DNA from: Cycas panzhihuaensis
Taxonomy: Eukaryota; Plantae; Cycadophyta
Direction of reading: 5' to 3'
NCBI GenBank assembly: GCA_023213395.1
Contig: CM041465.1
Span: 196,919,741 to 196,983,740 of the forward strand
Length of the DNA stretch: 64,000 bases
Both the position numbers and the translations under genes were made by a program. Shown in pieces: positions 53,472 through 64,000 of the stretch (the stretch's first letter is position 1; every line of letters begins with the position of its first letter). The notes beneath the pieces are model-generated. The model was not told the DNA's origin. It was given only the letters and a program-made list of their open reading frames with translations, and made no database searches.

Positions 53472-55299
53472 GAATTCAATTACTGTCTCTGTCTCCTTCA
53501 TGTGAAGCTTAAACAACTCTTCTTTTAAGGCGACTATTCTAGCCTTGTTCTGTTGTCCAAATAGATTTTCAAAACATTTCTAGATCACAGAAGAGGAGGT
53601 CAATTTTTTGACATATATGAGGAGCGGATCTAATATTGAGAGTTTTAAGATTATGACTTTGGCACTATCTCTTTCTTCCTAGCTTATTAGATCTGTTCCA
53701 GTTGCACCAGGTTTTGTTTCTTGGCCAGTCGTAATTCTCCATGCATTCTTGGCTCTTAAAAGAGTCTATTTTTATCTTCCAGATGTGATAATTGTTATCT
53801 ATGAGTTTGTCCATATTAGAGAGGGCAAGAATAAAGGAAGTCATTTTCAATAGGAAAAACTATGAGTATGAACCCTAATATTGACAATGGTGCAGAATTC
53901 TGTACGGTACCCAAATTATACGGATGAGACTAAATTATGCCTTGAAAGAAAGGTTTTGATGAGTACATTATTGATCTAAAATTATTTTTCCAAAACAGTT
54001 TCTTAGTTGAGAGATATTTAGTTCGAAAAGAAAAAGAGGGTAGTTAGGGTTTTCTTGAAATTTGTTCAGATTTGACGAAATACTCTAGAAAGATCATGAA
54101 AAATGCTTGCAAATTGATCGATTAATAGGTATAGAAGATTTCAACTGATTTTCAAGAGAGAAATCAAAGAAAAATTTGAAAAAATGTGTGCCTTCTTCCT
54201 TAGACCTGTGTACCTATAAAACTAGGTAAAAGTCCTTTAAGATGACCTCATGAACTTGTCGTAAAAGAGAATAATGTCGAGGAGGTCGAGATCTATCTTT
54301 TGGCCAAGTTATGTCTCGTTCAGAGATCTTTATTTTTGTTGGCCGCATAACCGCATTTGCCTGCATCATGCATACGATTATGAAATTCCTCTGTCAGAAT
54401 CCTCTTCTTCTTTGACTATCCTTCGACTTCGTCTAAATTCTTCCTTCCTTGACTAGTTCGATTTTGATATGAACCAACGAACTCCTTTTCTCAGGCAGAA
54501 ATTGCCTTTTTTGCAGACTATTTTCTCTTAAACGGGCAGGTTGACTTGCTCTGATACCATGTTAAACACAATACAAAGATGAGGGTAAAAGTACTTGATT
54601 GATTATTGAGGAGTGAACTCTTGAATATATACACAATAGGGTTTGTAACCACCAAGAACCTAGAAGTAACCGATACGTAAGATGCTGACACTTGTTAGAC
54701 ACGTCCTAAATAAGTTAAACAGATGAGGGGTCTATTACCCCTTTATTTTCCTAAGATAAAACATTACATTCTAACAGAATTGGGTGTGTAATTGCCCTAT
54801 TTAAACCCTAATCAGGGATCTTTTAATCAAAAAACACTACATTTCATTATGGTCTTTGTCTTTTCATAGTAATAATTCTTTTGCATAGCAACATTTCATA
54901 CTTGTATGTTTGTATGGACCAAGGCACAACAATTTGCATTGTAGTCATTCAAATCTAATTGTGTTGTCCTGAAATTATAGTTGTTGTTTAGTCTGTTTCA
55001 CTTGTGTTTATTGTTTTGAGAATGGTTTGTGTCATTTCAGGCTATTCAATACTAAGTTGTTCCTTCATGATACTATTCTAGCTAGTTATGCTATTCCTCA
55101 TATGTTGCCCTTCATTGATTAAGTTGTTCTTTAAAGCTATTTGTTGTTAGCTACAACCATTCTTCTTGTTTGTTTTGTTACTAGCTAGCAATTGAGTGTC
55201 CACTTTTGTAGTTTTTCATCATTTTATGCCTTCTTAATGGCAATCTAACTACATATGGACATTGAGATCATTAACGGTAGAATTGGTGTATCTAGGGAT

Positions 55300-56180
55300 A
55301 AATTAGTAGGAGCTAAATCTTGTGGAGCAATACATTGTGATTAGTATAGATGTCAGTTTGAAGAGTTTATGATGTATCGTGTTGAGTGTCATTTGATTAC
55401 AGGTTTTATCTTTCATTGCTTCACTTTTCTGAGTGGTTATTCAACAGGTGTGGAGGTTTGTTTGCCTAATATTGTGTTTGAGACAGAAGTAGGACCGAGT
55501 GGAAGATTGATGATGAGGAGCCATTGTTTGAAGGGACATGGATTGAAACCCCATGTTCCATTGATGGTTGAAGACGTGCAGGATGATTGAAAAACATGGA
55601 TCAGCATGTCAATCAAAGCTTAAGGTAGATACCACCATTCTAGCAAGTGATGATTCACAATGGAGAGTTGTATTGAAGCAAAGAACTTGGTCGGTTTGCA
55701 AGTTGATAAGCTTGTTGCATAGGATATCTAGCAAAAGAAGGATTTATGTATGAAGATACATTTGCACCAGTCTCTATGTTTATTGGTCTGTTTGATCCTT
55801 ACTGTAACAGCTTCAGATAGTTGGGTGTCATATCGCATCATATCAGTGTTCCTTAACGGAGACTTGAAGAGGAGATTCACATGGCTCAAGCGACTCAACT
55901 TCTTGGTTTAGTCAAAGGAATATGGTTGAGCTGTATGGACTAAGTGTTAGGTGTAGAGAGAGTTGTATGGTTGTAGGGACTTTTGGAGTCACATCCAAAG
56001 AATCAAGCACATATGAGGCATAACACCATTACATCCGAGAGAAGATCAGATCATGGAAGATGTTGGTTGAAGATTGTCCAAGTGGAGATGGACTTATGGA
56101 CGTGTTCACCAAGCTCAAACTGAAGATCACTACATCGACGCTCGTGCATATTGGGTTAGGTTATCATTGAGAGGGGATTT
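55300..56180 (+). mobile_element. Heavily deleted Copia relic
   Basis: SVFLNGDL/EEIHMAQ (~55845-55890), KHI...HYIRE (~56005-56041), DVFTKL (~56099) and a PPT-like TTGAGAGGGGA at ~56167-56177. The start is approximate. Confidence 0.6.
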
Positions 56181-56200
56181 ATTTCCAAGGATAAACCTTG

Positions 56201-56805
56201 TTATTCCATATTTACATTAAGAGGGGATGTCAGAATATGTTCATATATCGATTATGTAAAGTGGGCCTATTTATGTGCCTAATATGTAGGTGGAATATTT
56301 TCAAGAGTGGTGAGCCAACAGATGTAATTGTAATTATATTTGGGCACTTTAGATTTATAAATATAAATCAAAGTCCATGCTTATGTAAAGAACATTAGAT
56401 TGTCAAAAATGTGAATATTATTCTGGTGGATTTTCACTCGTAAGGGTTTTCCACAGCTATTTGATATCCCGTGTGCGTGAGGGGATGTCAGAATATGTTC
56501 ATATATCGATTATGTAAAGTGGGCCTATTTATGTGCCTAATATGTAGGTGGAATATTTTCAAGAGTGGTGAGCCAACAGATGTAATTGTAATTATATTTG
56601 GGCACTTTAGATTTATAAATATAAATCAAAGTCCATACTTATGTAAAGAACATTAGATTGTCAAAAATGTGAATATTATTTTGGTGGATTTTCACTCGTA
56701 AGGGTTTCCCACAGCTATTTGATATCCCGTGTGCGTGATTTCTGCTGTGATTTGCCTGATGTGAAAGATCCTGTTGATCTTTGCTTACATTTGTATTTCC
56801 CAACA
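56201..56805 (+). mobile_element. Copia PPT plus LTR fragment with an internal 258-bp tandem duplication
   Basis: ATTAAGAGGGGA|TGTCAG... ends ...TTCCCAACA at 56805. 56221-56478 is repeated at 56479-56736 (3 transitions). The ggtggatttt...aagggtttt motif is shared with the LTR at 61792-62165 on the opposite strand. Confidence 0.75.
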
Positions 56806-57898
56806 ACCTTGAGAGTGGGACCTTAAGTTTTTGTTGAAATAAGGTGCTCCATTCTTTATAGTCATTGAGCAAGACTCATGCGAGTTAATGTTTTCAAAAA
56901 CTAGAGAAAGGAGGGCTTAACCAATAATTTGAAGTTTGGGAAACTTTCATGCGTGTTGAATACTTTATTTACCTTTGTAACAAAGAGTTTTGCAGCTTCA
57001 TGAGATTTGAGGGAATGTAACTTTTGCTTGTTGTGAAATGATAATTGGGAGGGAACATACTCGTGAAGCAAATAGGGTGCCACATGGCAGTATCTTGTTA
57101 TCTCGTTGAAGACTTAATCCTCTTGAGGTTTCATAGGAGATAAATTCGCAAGCCCTATATTTTTGAGAAAAGGCACATGACGTGAAGTTTACACTTGTGA
57201 AGGAGTATTGACGATGGTGGTATCCCCCATCTTCACACTTGTAGGAGTACTTGTTTTGCAAAGGGAAAAAAGGTAGGGGGGCTTAAAGTTGAATAGGAAC
57301 TGTTAGATGTTAAGGATGTGTGGCATCATTCAATGGGTTGCATGATCATAAGTTTTGCTAATTTGTGAAAATTGAAGAAATACAATTCTAAAGATTAAAG
57401 TAATGAAAAACTTCATCACATGGCTTTACATACTCATGCAAAATGGTCATTTACAAAAGGGAAGGTAAGTTTAAAGGATTGGGCAAAGGAAAGGAAAGTG
57501 AAGAACCCCTCGCATTAATGATTAAGCATGTGAGACCATAGGGTTTGAAATGTCTACCTCAGAGGAGTTTAACCCCTTGCCTTCACAACATTCTCACTAT
57601 TCAAGCAAAGCGATTGTGTAGAGCAACACAACAAATAATTGAGGTTGAGAGGGATTTTAGCTTAGGCGTTCCTACGTCTACTGCAACATCTTAAAATGCT
57701 AATCATTGGGGATATTGAGATCAAATTCGACATTAGAGGGGCAGAGTTATTCGAGACGCGGTTAGAGTTATATTTGGAGAATAAAATTGGCACAAAGTGG
57801 TTATGTGTTTGAGGTTGCATCATGCCGAGAGCTAGTTTTATTATACACATAAAATCTAAACAAAGAAGAATAGGTTATTCCTAACTTTTAGGGAGACA

Positions 57899-60496
57899 TG
57901 CTTATCGCTCTCTCTAAACGACAAAAATAATAATGCACAAACACTAAACAAGCAATGAAGTGAAGAGAGAGTAAAAGAGAACAACATAGATTTTTACGTG
58001 GAAAACCTTGGTAAAGTGCCAAGGCGAAAAAAATCACCAGGCAAAGGTCTCTGCTTTATTAGCAACAAGATCAAAAGTACATTTTTTTGTTCATCTCAAT
58101 ACAACAGCTTGATCAAACTTATATAAAGAAAACACCAACTCCAAAACCGTGCCAAAAAGTTGCACCAAAAAGCAAAACAGTAGCTCTATGCTTCGTATGC
58201 GGCCTATCGAGTGCGTTTGGAATGACCTATGGTTGCAAGCAACTTTCAGCTGCCCTGGGGGCAACAACTTGCCCCCTGGGACCCTCCCATTATTTTTGCA
58301 CCCGGTGCAACACTCATCGTGAGGAGAATTTTAGACATTAATTGTATAATCATCACGTTGGTAATTAGAATTGGCTTCACATCCAACATTCTGCCACTCG
58401 AAGTCAATTCTAAATTATGCTACTACCTACCACTTCCAAGAGAACAATGCTTGTGTTGATCATCATCTTGTTATATGCAGTCCCAGAGAAGTTTTGTATC
58501 GGATAAACTTCTCCCTTCTAATCGGCCTTGTCAAATATGTCTGCTGGTTTGTCATCAGTATGGATCTTCTGCAATGAGACTTGTCCTTCCACTACAATGT
58601 CATGCACAAAATGATATTGCACACCTATGTGCTTTGTCCTGGCACGAAATGCTAGGTTTCTAGCCAAGCTCAGGGCACTTTGATTGTCGCAATGTAAAAC
58701 AATCATATTCTGCTTGACTTGCAGTTCTCCCATTAATCTGCCCAAAACCATATCATTTCCTTACATGCTTGTGTTGCTAACATATTCAGCTTTTGTCGTA
58801 GATAATGCCACCACAGACTGTAGTTTGATATCCAATTGATTGCTCCACCCGTAAGAGTGAACACATATCCTGTAGTGGACTTACATCTATCTTTATCGCC
58901 AACAAAATTTGAATCTACAAACCCTGTCACCTGAAGATCTGTCGAACTATAATAGATAGCAACATTTGAAGTACCCTTTAAATAATGAAGGATCCACTTC
59001 ACAACAGTCCAATGATAACAATCGGGATTTGCCATGAACCAATTGATAACTTCCACTACTTGGGCAATGTCTGGTTTGGTACATACCATGGCAAACATTA
59101 GGCTACCTATTATTGATGAGTATGGTACATGAGACATCTGTGCCTTCTCTGCTTCATTGTTAGGACTCCATTTCGAAGATAACTTTGTGTGTAGGAAATG
59201 GGGTACTAATTGGCTGAGCATTCTATATGTTGAAGCATTGCAGAACCTTTTCCACATATGCCTTTTGTGTAAGCTAGATCTTCCTACTCTTCTTGTCTTT
59301 ATGTATCCTCATGCCAAGAATTTGATTTGCAGTACCTAAATCCTTTACTTCAAACGTCCTAGCTAGTTGAGTCTTAAGTTTGACAATTTTGTCCATGTTG
59401 AGGCTTGCAACGAACATTTTGTCAACGTACAACAATAAAATAATGAAATTGTCATTATCATATCTTTTAAAGTAAGCACAATGATTAGCTTCACATCTGG
59501 TAAATCCTAGACTCATCATGAAGGAATCAAACCGCTTGTACCAACATCTCGACGCTTGTTTGAGACCATACAATGATTAGTTCAACCTGTATACAAGATT
59601 CTCTTTGCCTCTTATCACAAAACCTTTCGACTGCTCCATATAAATCTCCTCATTGAGGTTACCATGCAAAAAGGATGTCTTCACATCAAGCTGCTCTAAT
59701 TCAAGGTCAAGGGAAGCAACCAAAGCAAACACAACTCTAATAGTACTCAAATGTATAATTGAGGAAAAGATCTCATTGAAATCTATACCTGATTTTTGTG
59801 CATACCCCTTAGGCATTGATTGAGCTCTATGTTGTTCAACCACACCATCAACATTTCTTTTCAGCTTAAAGACCCATCAATTTCCTATGGCCTTGCGACC
59901 TGCGGGCAATTTCATCAGATCCCACGTGTTGTTTTTACTTAGGGCCTCCGTTTCCTCCTCCATGGCAACCCTCTATTTGCTTGCATATTCGGCCTCACAA
60001 GCTTCTTGAAATGAGCTAGGCTCACCAACATCAATAACTAATGCAAAAGCTAAATGTGCATTGAGTATACCTTTCAGGTGGCTTGGATATTCTAGTGGAT
60101 CTCTTAACCCAATGAGATGCATCAACCTGTGGCTGCTCAAGTTGCTATTCTTCCTATTCAATCACAATATTCTGTTGTTTAGGTTCTTGATTTTCATCCT
60201 TTTCCATAGCATCATCTTCCACTTTTATTTCCTTAGTAGGTCCAACAACTATTGTTTGTTCTTCTTCAACTTTCTGCATGGATTTCTCATCAAATACCAC
60301 ATCTTGGCTAATGATTAGCCTGCAGACAGTAGTATTCTACATCATGTACCCTTTTGTTCCATCACTATAGCTAAGAAAAATACACTTCTTGGACTCTGTG
60401 CACAACTTGGACCTTTGTTCCTTTAATACACAGGCATAAGCATCACAATCAAAGACAACTAAGTGGAAATAATTAATAGGTTTTTCGGCTCATACT
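57899..60496 (-). mobile_element. Ty1/Copia 3' part (LTR ~57899-58388, RNase H, RT, integrase end), interrupted by a Gypsy
   Basis: ORFs 58518-58751 (CDNQSAL...RTKHI), 58733-59257, 59274-59573 (YGLKQ, LLLYVD) and 59577-59843 (QLDVKT). A PPT-like GAGTGGCAGAA|TGTTGG is at 58388. The left LTR boundary is approximate. Confidence 0.88.
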
Positions 60497-61791
60497 TGAT
60501 ATGCTTTTACCACTACAAATCATGAAAAGAACACAAATATGCACAAAAATGTCACGAAGCTTTATTAAGTCACAAGAACTTACAACTTACAATTGCGGGC
60601 CTCTTTGAGGGGGCTACCTCCTCTGAGCAGAGCTATCTTATCACATTCTTCCCTTCCCCTCCTTATTACAATCATTCCTTATATAATATGATGCTATTCC
60701 CGCTATCCTACTAGTAGTGGATGTGGGATTGCAAAATGGGCAGTACTCTCACAATGGAATATGTGCTATCCTTATATTACTACTAACAACTACTATCCTA
60801 TACTAATAAAGGGTTAGGACATGAGGGTTCTAACATGACTCCCTTCTTCAAAAAGCTTTGCCCGCAAAACTTGTATTGTGGATAATCCTGTCGAATTTGA
60901 TGATGTGGTTCCTAGGTGGCATCCTCGGGTTGCAAGTCTTTCCAATGGACTAATACCTTTGTGATGGTATGGTGCCGAAGTTTGCATGTTTGTTGATCTA
61001 GAATGGTATTAGGAATAAGGAGTAGAGAGCCATTATTTGTGAACTTCGGTAATTGTGTTGGTGTTATTACGTTATTCTCCAAGACTTTCTTTAAACAAGA
61101 TACGAGAAATATAGAGTGGATTTTTGATGAAGGTGGAAGTGCCAATTTGTCAGTAGTAGTCCCCATGCGTTGCTCCAATTTGTAAGGTCCATAGAATCTT
61201 GGAGTCAATTTTTGAGAGCGTTTCACTGTTAAGGAGGTTTGGTGATATGGTTGAAGTCTTAAAAAAAGCCATGTCACCCACACAGAATTCGCGTTCTGTC
61301 CTATGTTTATAAACTTGTTGTTTCATCCTGTGCTGAGTTGTGCAACGGTTCTCTTAAGAATTTTGAGCATGTCATCTCTATCTTTAAGAGTAGAGTCTAC
61401 TATTTGTACTTGTGCACTCCCTGAGATGTAAGAAGCTATTGTAGGAGGTGGTTGCCCATAGATGGCCTCATAAGGTGTCATTTTTGTGGTTGTGTGAAAG
61501 GTGTTGTTATACCACAATTTGGCCAATGGTAACCAACACACCCAGTGGGATGGTTGTGTCGATGCAAAACATCGAAGGTATGTCTCGAGGGATTTGTTGA
61601 CAACCTCTGTTTGGCCATTCGTTTGTGGGTGATAGGCGGAGCTTATCTTTAAGGTGGTCCCTTGCAGCTTGAAGAACTCGTGCCAAAATTTGTTGGTGAA
61701 GGTGGGATCACGATCACTGATAATGGAAGTAGGCATGCCATGCAAGCAAAAGATTTGATCGATAAACACTTGTGCCATTGTTGTTGCTTTG
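60497..61791 (-). mobile_element. Ty3/Gypsy chromovirus 3' part (LTR 60497-60835, integrase, chromodomain)
   Basis: LHGMPTSIISDRD...SAYHPQTNGQTEVVN (61323-61778); KLTPRFYGPY and VLVHWKDLQPEDAT chromodomain (60912-61283); PPT TGAAGAAGGGAGTCA|TGTTAG, with the LTR ending TATCA. Confidence 0.9.
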
Positions 61792-64000
61792 TGTTTGGGA
61801 ACATGAAATTATACACAAATGTTTCCAACTGCAGAATCTTTTACCATACACAGCAGGCAAACAAATATACACAGAAAATAGATGCACAATACATAGGATT
61901 TACGTGGGAAAACCCTTTCAGGAAAAAATCCACCACAAAAGGATCCTTGATGGATCTCTTAGATTATTGCACAATGGACTGATACAATGATCTTGGATGT
62001 TGAATACATAAGGCCTTAAGGCATTTATATTCTCCCAAGAGGTGTCATTCGATTAGGGTTGTGACCCTTCGAATAAGTCGTGCCTTTTTGGCTTCACACC
62101 TTTTCATTTGATTAAACCACATTAACATTAACTAAGTGGCTTATTAGTTAACTACCACTTTAACATCCCCCCTTAATGTGAATGTGGGGAGCCTACCAAC
62201 TGTAACAACTATGTTATCACAAGGTTGGGATTATCTTGCGGCTTCTTTATCCTTGTCGATACATCTCCCCTCAAGAATAACATTGGTGAGTCCAAGTCTG
62301 GTACGCATCTTTGTGAATTGATCTTTAGTGAGAGGTTTGGCGAACACGTCTGCAAGCTGGAATTCACTTGGACAGTAGTTGGCCTGCAACTTTCCTGATT
62401 TGATCTGTTCATGAATGTAATGGTGCTGAATCTCAATGTGCTTCGTACATGCATGAAACTCTGGATTCTTTGATAGGCAAATGGTACTTTGGTTATCAAC
62501 AAAGATAACCAGGTGTCCATTTGAAACTCCAAGAGACCCGCACTTGCACTGAGTCCTTGATATTCAGTCTTTGTAGAAGAGAGTGCCACTGTCTGCTGCT
62601 ATTTCGACTGCCACGAAACAAATCCATTGCCAACACCAAACAAGTATCCAACAGTGGACTTCTGATTGTCGGAATCTCCTCCCTAGTCAGCATCCGTGCA
62701 GCCATGCAATTGTATCTCTTCACCTCGACGGTATTCGAGACCAAGATTGATAGTCCCCTTCAAATACTTTAGAATCCGCTTCACTGCAACTAAATGAGGT
62801 TCTTGAGGATTCTGCATGTAGTGGGAAATCAACTCGACAACATATGCAATATTAGGCTTGGTATGGGTCAAATAGATCAGACTCCCTACCAACTGGCGAT
62901 ACTTTGTGCCATCTACAGAGGGCTTGGCCATATCCTTTTGCAACTTAGCGCCTTTTACACATGGTGTTGCAATTGGTTTACAATTTTGCATTCCAGATTT
63001 CTCTAGGAAGTTCTTCACATACTGAGACTGCAGCAACACAATCCTGTCATTCATCTGCCTGACCTGAATGCCCAAGAAGTAGTGAAGTCTTCCAAGGTCA
63101 GTCATGTCAAATGAAGCTCCCAGATTGCATTTGATTTTAGCATTAGCCTTGCCACAGTTACCGCCAATGACCAAATCATCCACATACACCACACAAACTA
63201 CTATTGAAGTCCCTGTTCTCTTCACATATAGATTCGGGTCGAGTTCAAAAATCTCGAAACCTTCAGCTTTCAACTTCGCATCCATCTTCTCATACCAAGC
63301 ATGGGGTGCTTATTTTAGGCCATAGATCGACTTCTTCAAACGACACACAAGATGCTCTTGGCTATCCTTAACGAATCTTAGAGGCTGTGACATATATATT
63401 TTCTTCTTTAGATCTCTATTAAGGAATGCGGACTTTATGTTCATTTGATGTAACTCCCAACTATAAGTTGCTGTTAAGGAAATCAACAATTGGATTGTTG
63501 TCATTTTGGACACCGGTGCAAATGTCTCCTCATCGTCAATTTCTTCTTTCTGCTTGAATCCCTACGCAACAAGTCTGGCCTTAAACTTGTCCATCTCTCC
63601 GTCGGAGCGAAACTTTGTCTTGTAGATCCACTTGCATCCTAAAAGATTCTTTGTTGGAGGTAGTGGAACTAAATCCCACCTGTCATTCTTCAGCAGAGAA
63701 CTATACTCCTCCTCCATTGCAACTCTCCATCTTGGATCTCCTTTCGCTTTATCAAACGAATAAGGATCAACAGAGTCATTGGTGTCTACCAGTAGAGTTC
63801 GACTGGCATGTTGACTTCGTGTTCTTCGATCATTAGTTAAGGTTTGCATCGCCACACCGGAATCTTCTATAGTCTTCCTTGCACATAACGGTATTGAAGG
63901 AACCGTTGTTGGAGCTACTTCAACTCGTGACGGCTCCTCACTATTACACGTCCTACTTGATCCTACTTCCTTAGGTGTTTCAGCGATTGGCTCATTGTCC
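61792..64000 (-). mobile_element. Ty1/Copia 3' part nested in the Gypsy integrase; runs off the right edge
   Basis: LTR 61792-62165 (TG...CA) and PPT (plus tccccccttaatg, 62166-62178); RT VVYVDDL (62683-63285), KFKARLVA (63562-63855) and RNase H fragments. Confidence 0.92.

Larger units (their letters stand above)
49319..54776 (-). mobile_element. Structurally complete Ty1/Copia element (defective ORF) in DSK2 intron 5
   Basis: TG...CA LTRs at 49319-49537 and 54560-54776 (~9 substitutions plus one 2-bp indel). TSD GAATT at 49314-49318 and 54777-54781. Perfect Met PBS TGGTATCAGAGC (plus 54548-54559) and PPT at 49538-49550. Gag, protease (WYIDSG), integrase, RT and RNase H fragments are in order. 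Confidence 0.97.

Noticed and set aside
55025-55125. Acceptor-like catttcag at 55040 as DSK2 exon 6
   Set aside because: The phase-2 translation has no ubiquilin similarity and soon reaches a stop.
57040-57100. HTREANRV resembling the LINE RNase H motif (H..REAN..A)
   Set aside because: It is a single short motif with no supporting neighbours, too weak to annotate.
1-64000. CRISPR arrays, tRNA/rRNA genes or prokaryotic defence systems
   Set aside because: No repeat-spacer array or structural RNA gene is evident. The RTs are ordinary plant LINE/LTR types, and the tRNA-complementary 12-mers are PBSs.

Overview
This is eukaryotic, repeat-rich nuclear DNA from a large-genome land plant; a gymnosperm is plausible but is only an inference. 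The one host gene is a + strand ubiquilin/DSK2 gene. Five exons are resolvable (27647-35852; UBL plus STI1 repeats), but the C-terminal UBA exon(s) are not in the window, implying an intron of more than 28 kb. The rest is transposons: a CpG-rich Tat/Ogre-like Ty3/Gypsy element, several Ty1/Copia elements (one complete with LTRs, PBS, PPT and a 5-bp TSD), two copies of one RNase-H-bearing L1 family (each with an 18-bp TSD), a third L1 fragment, a chromovirus fragment and hAT relics, with several nested insertions. The main leads are a multi-kb fold-back inverted repeat at about 3.1-9.7 kb whose indel-rich pattern suggests a long-read or assembly artefact, a possible extra ~200-codon ORF upstream of ORF1 in the full-length L1, a candidate UBA-less alternative terminal exon just before the giant intron, and three 149-258 bp tandem duplications. 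I found no clearly novel biological system; the leads are hypotheses. All alignments and counts were done by eye.
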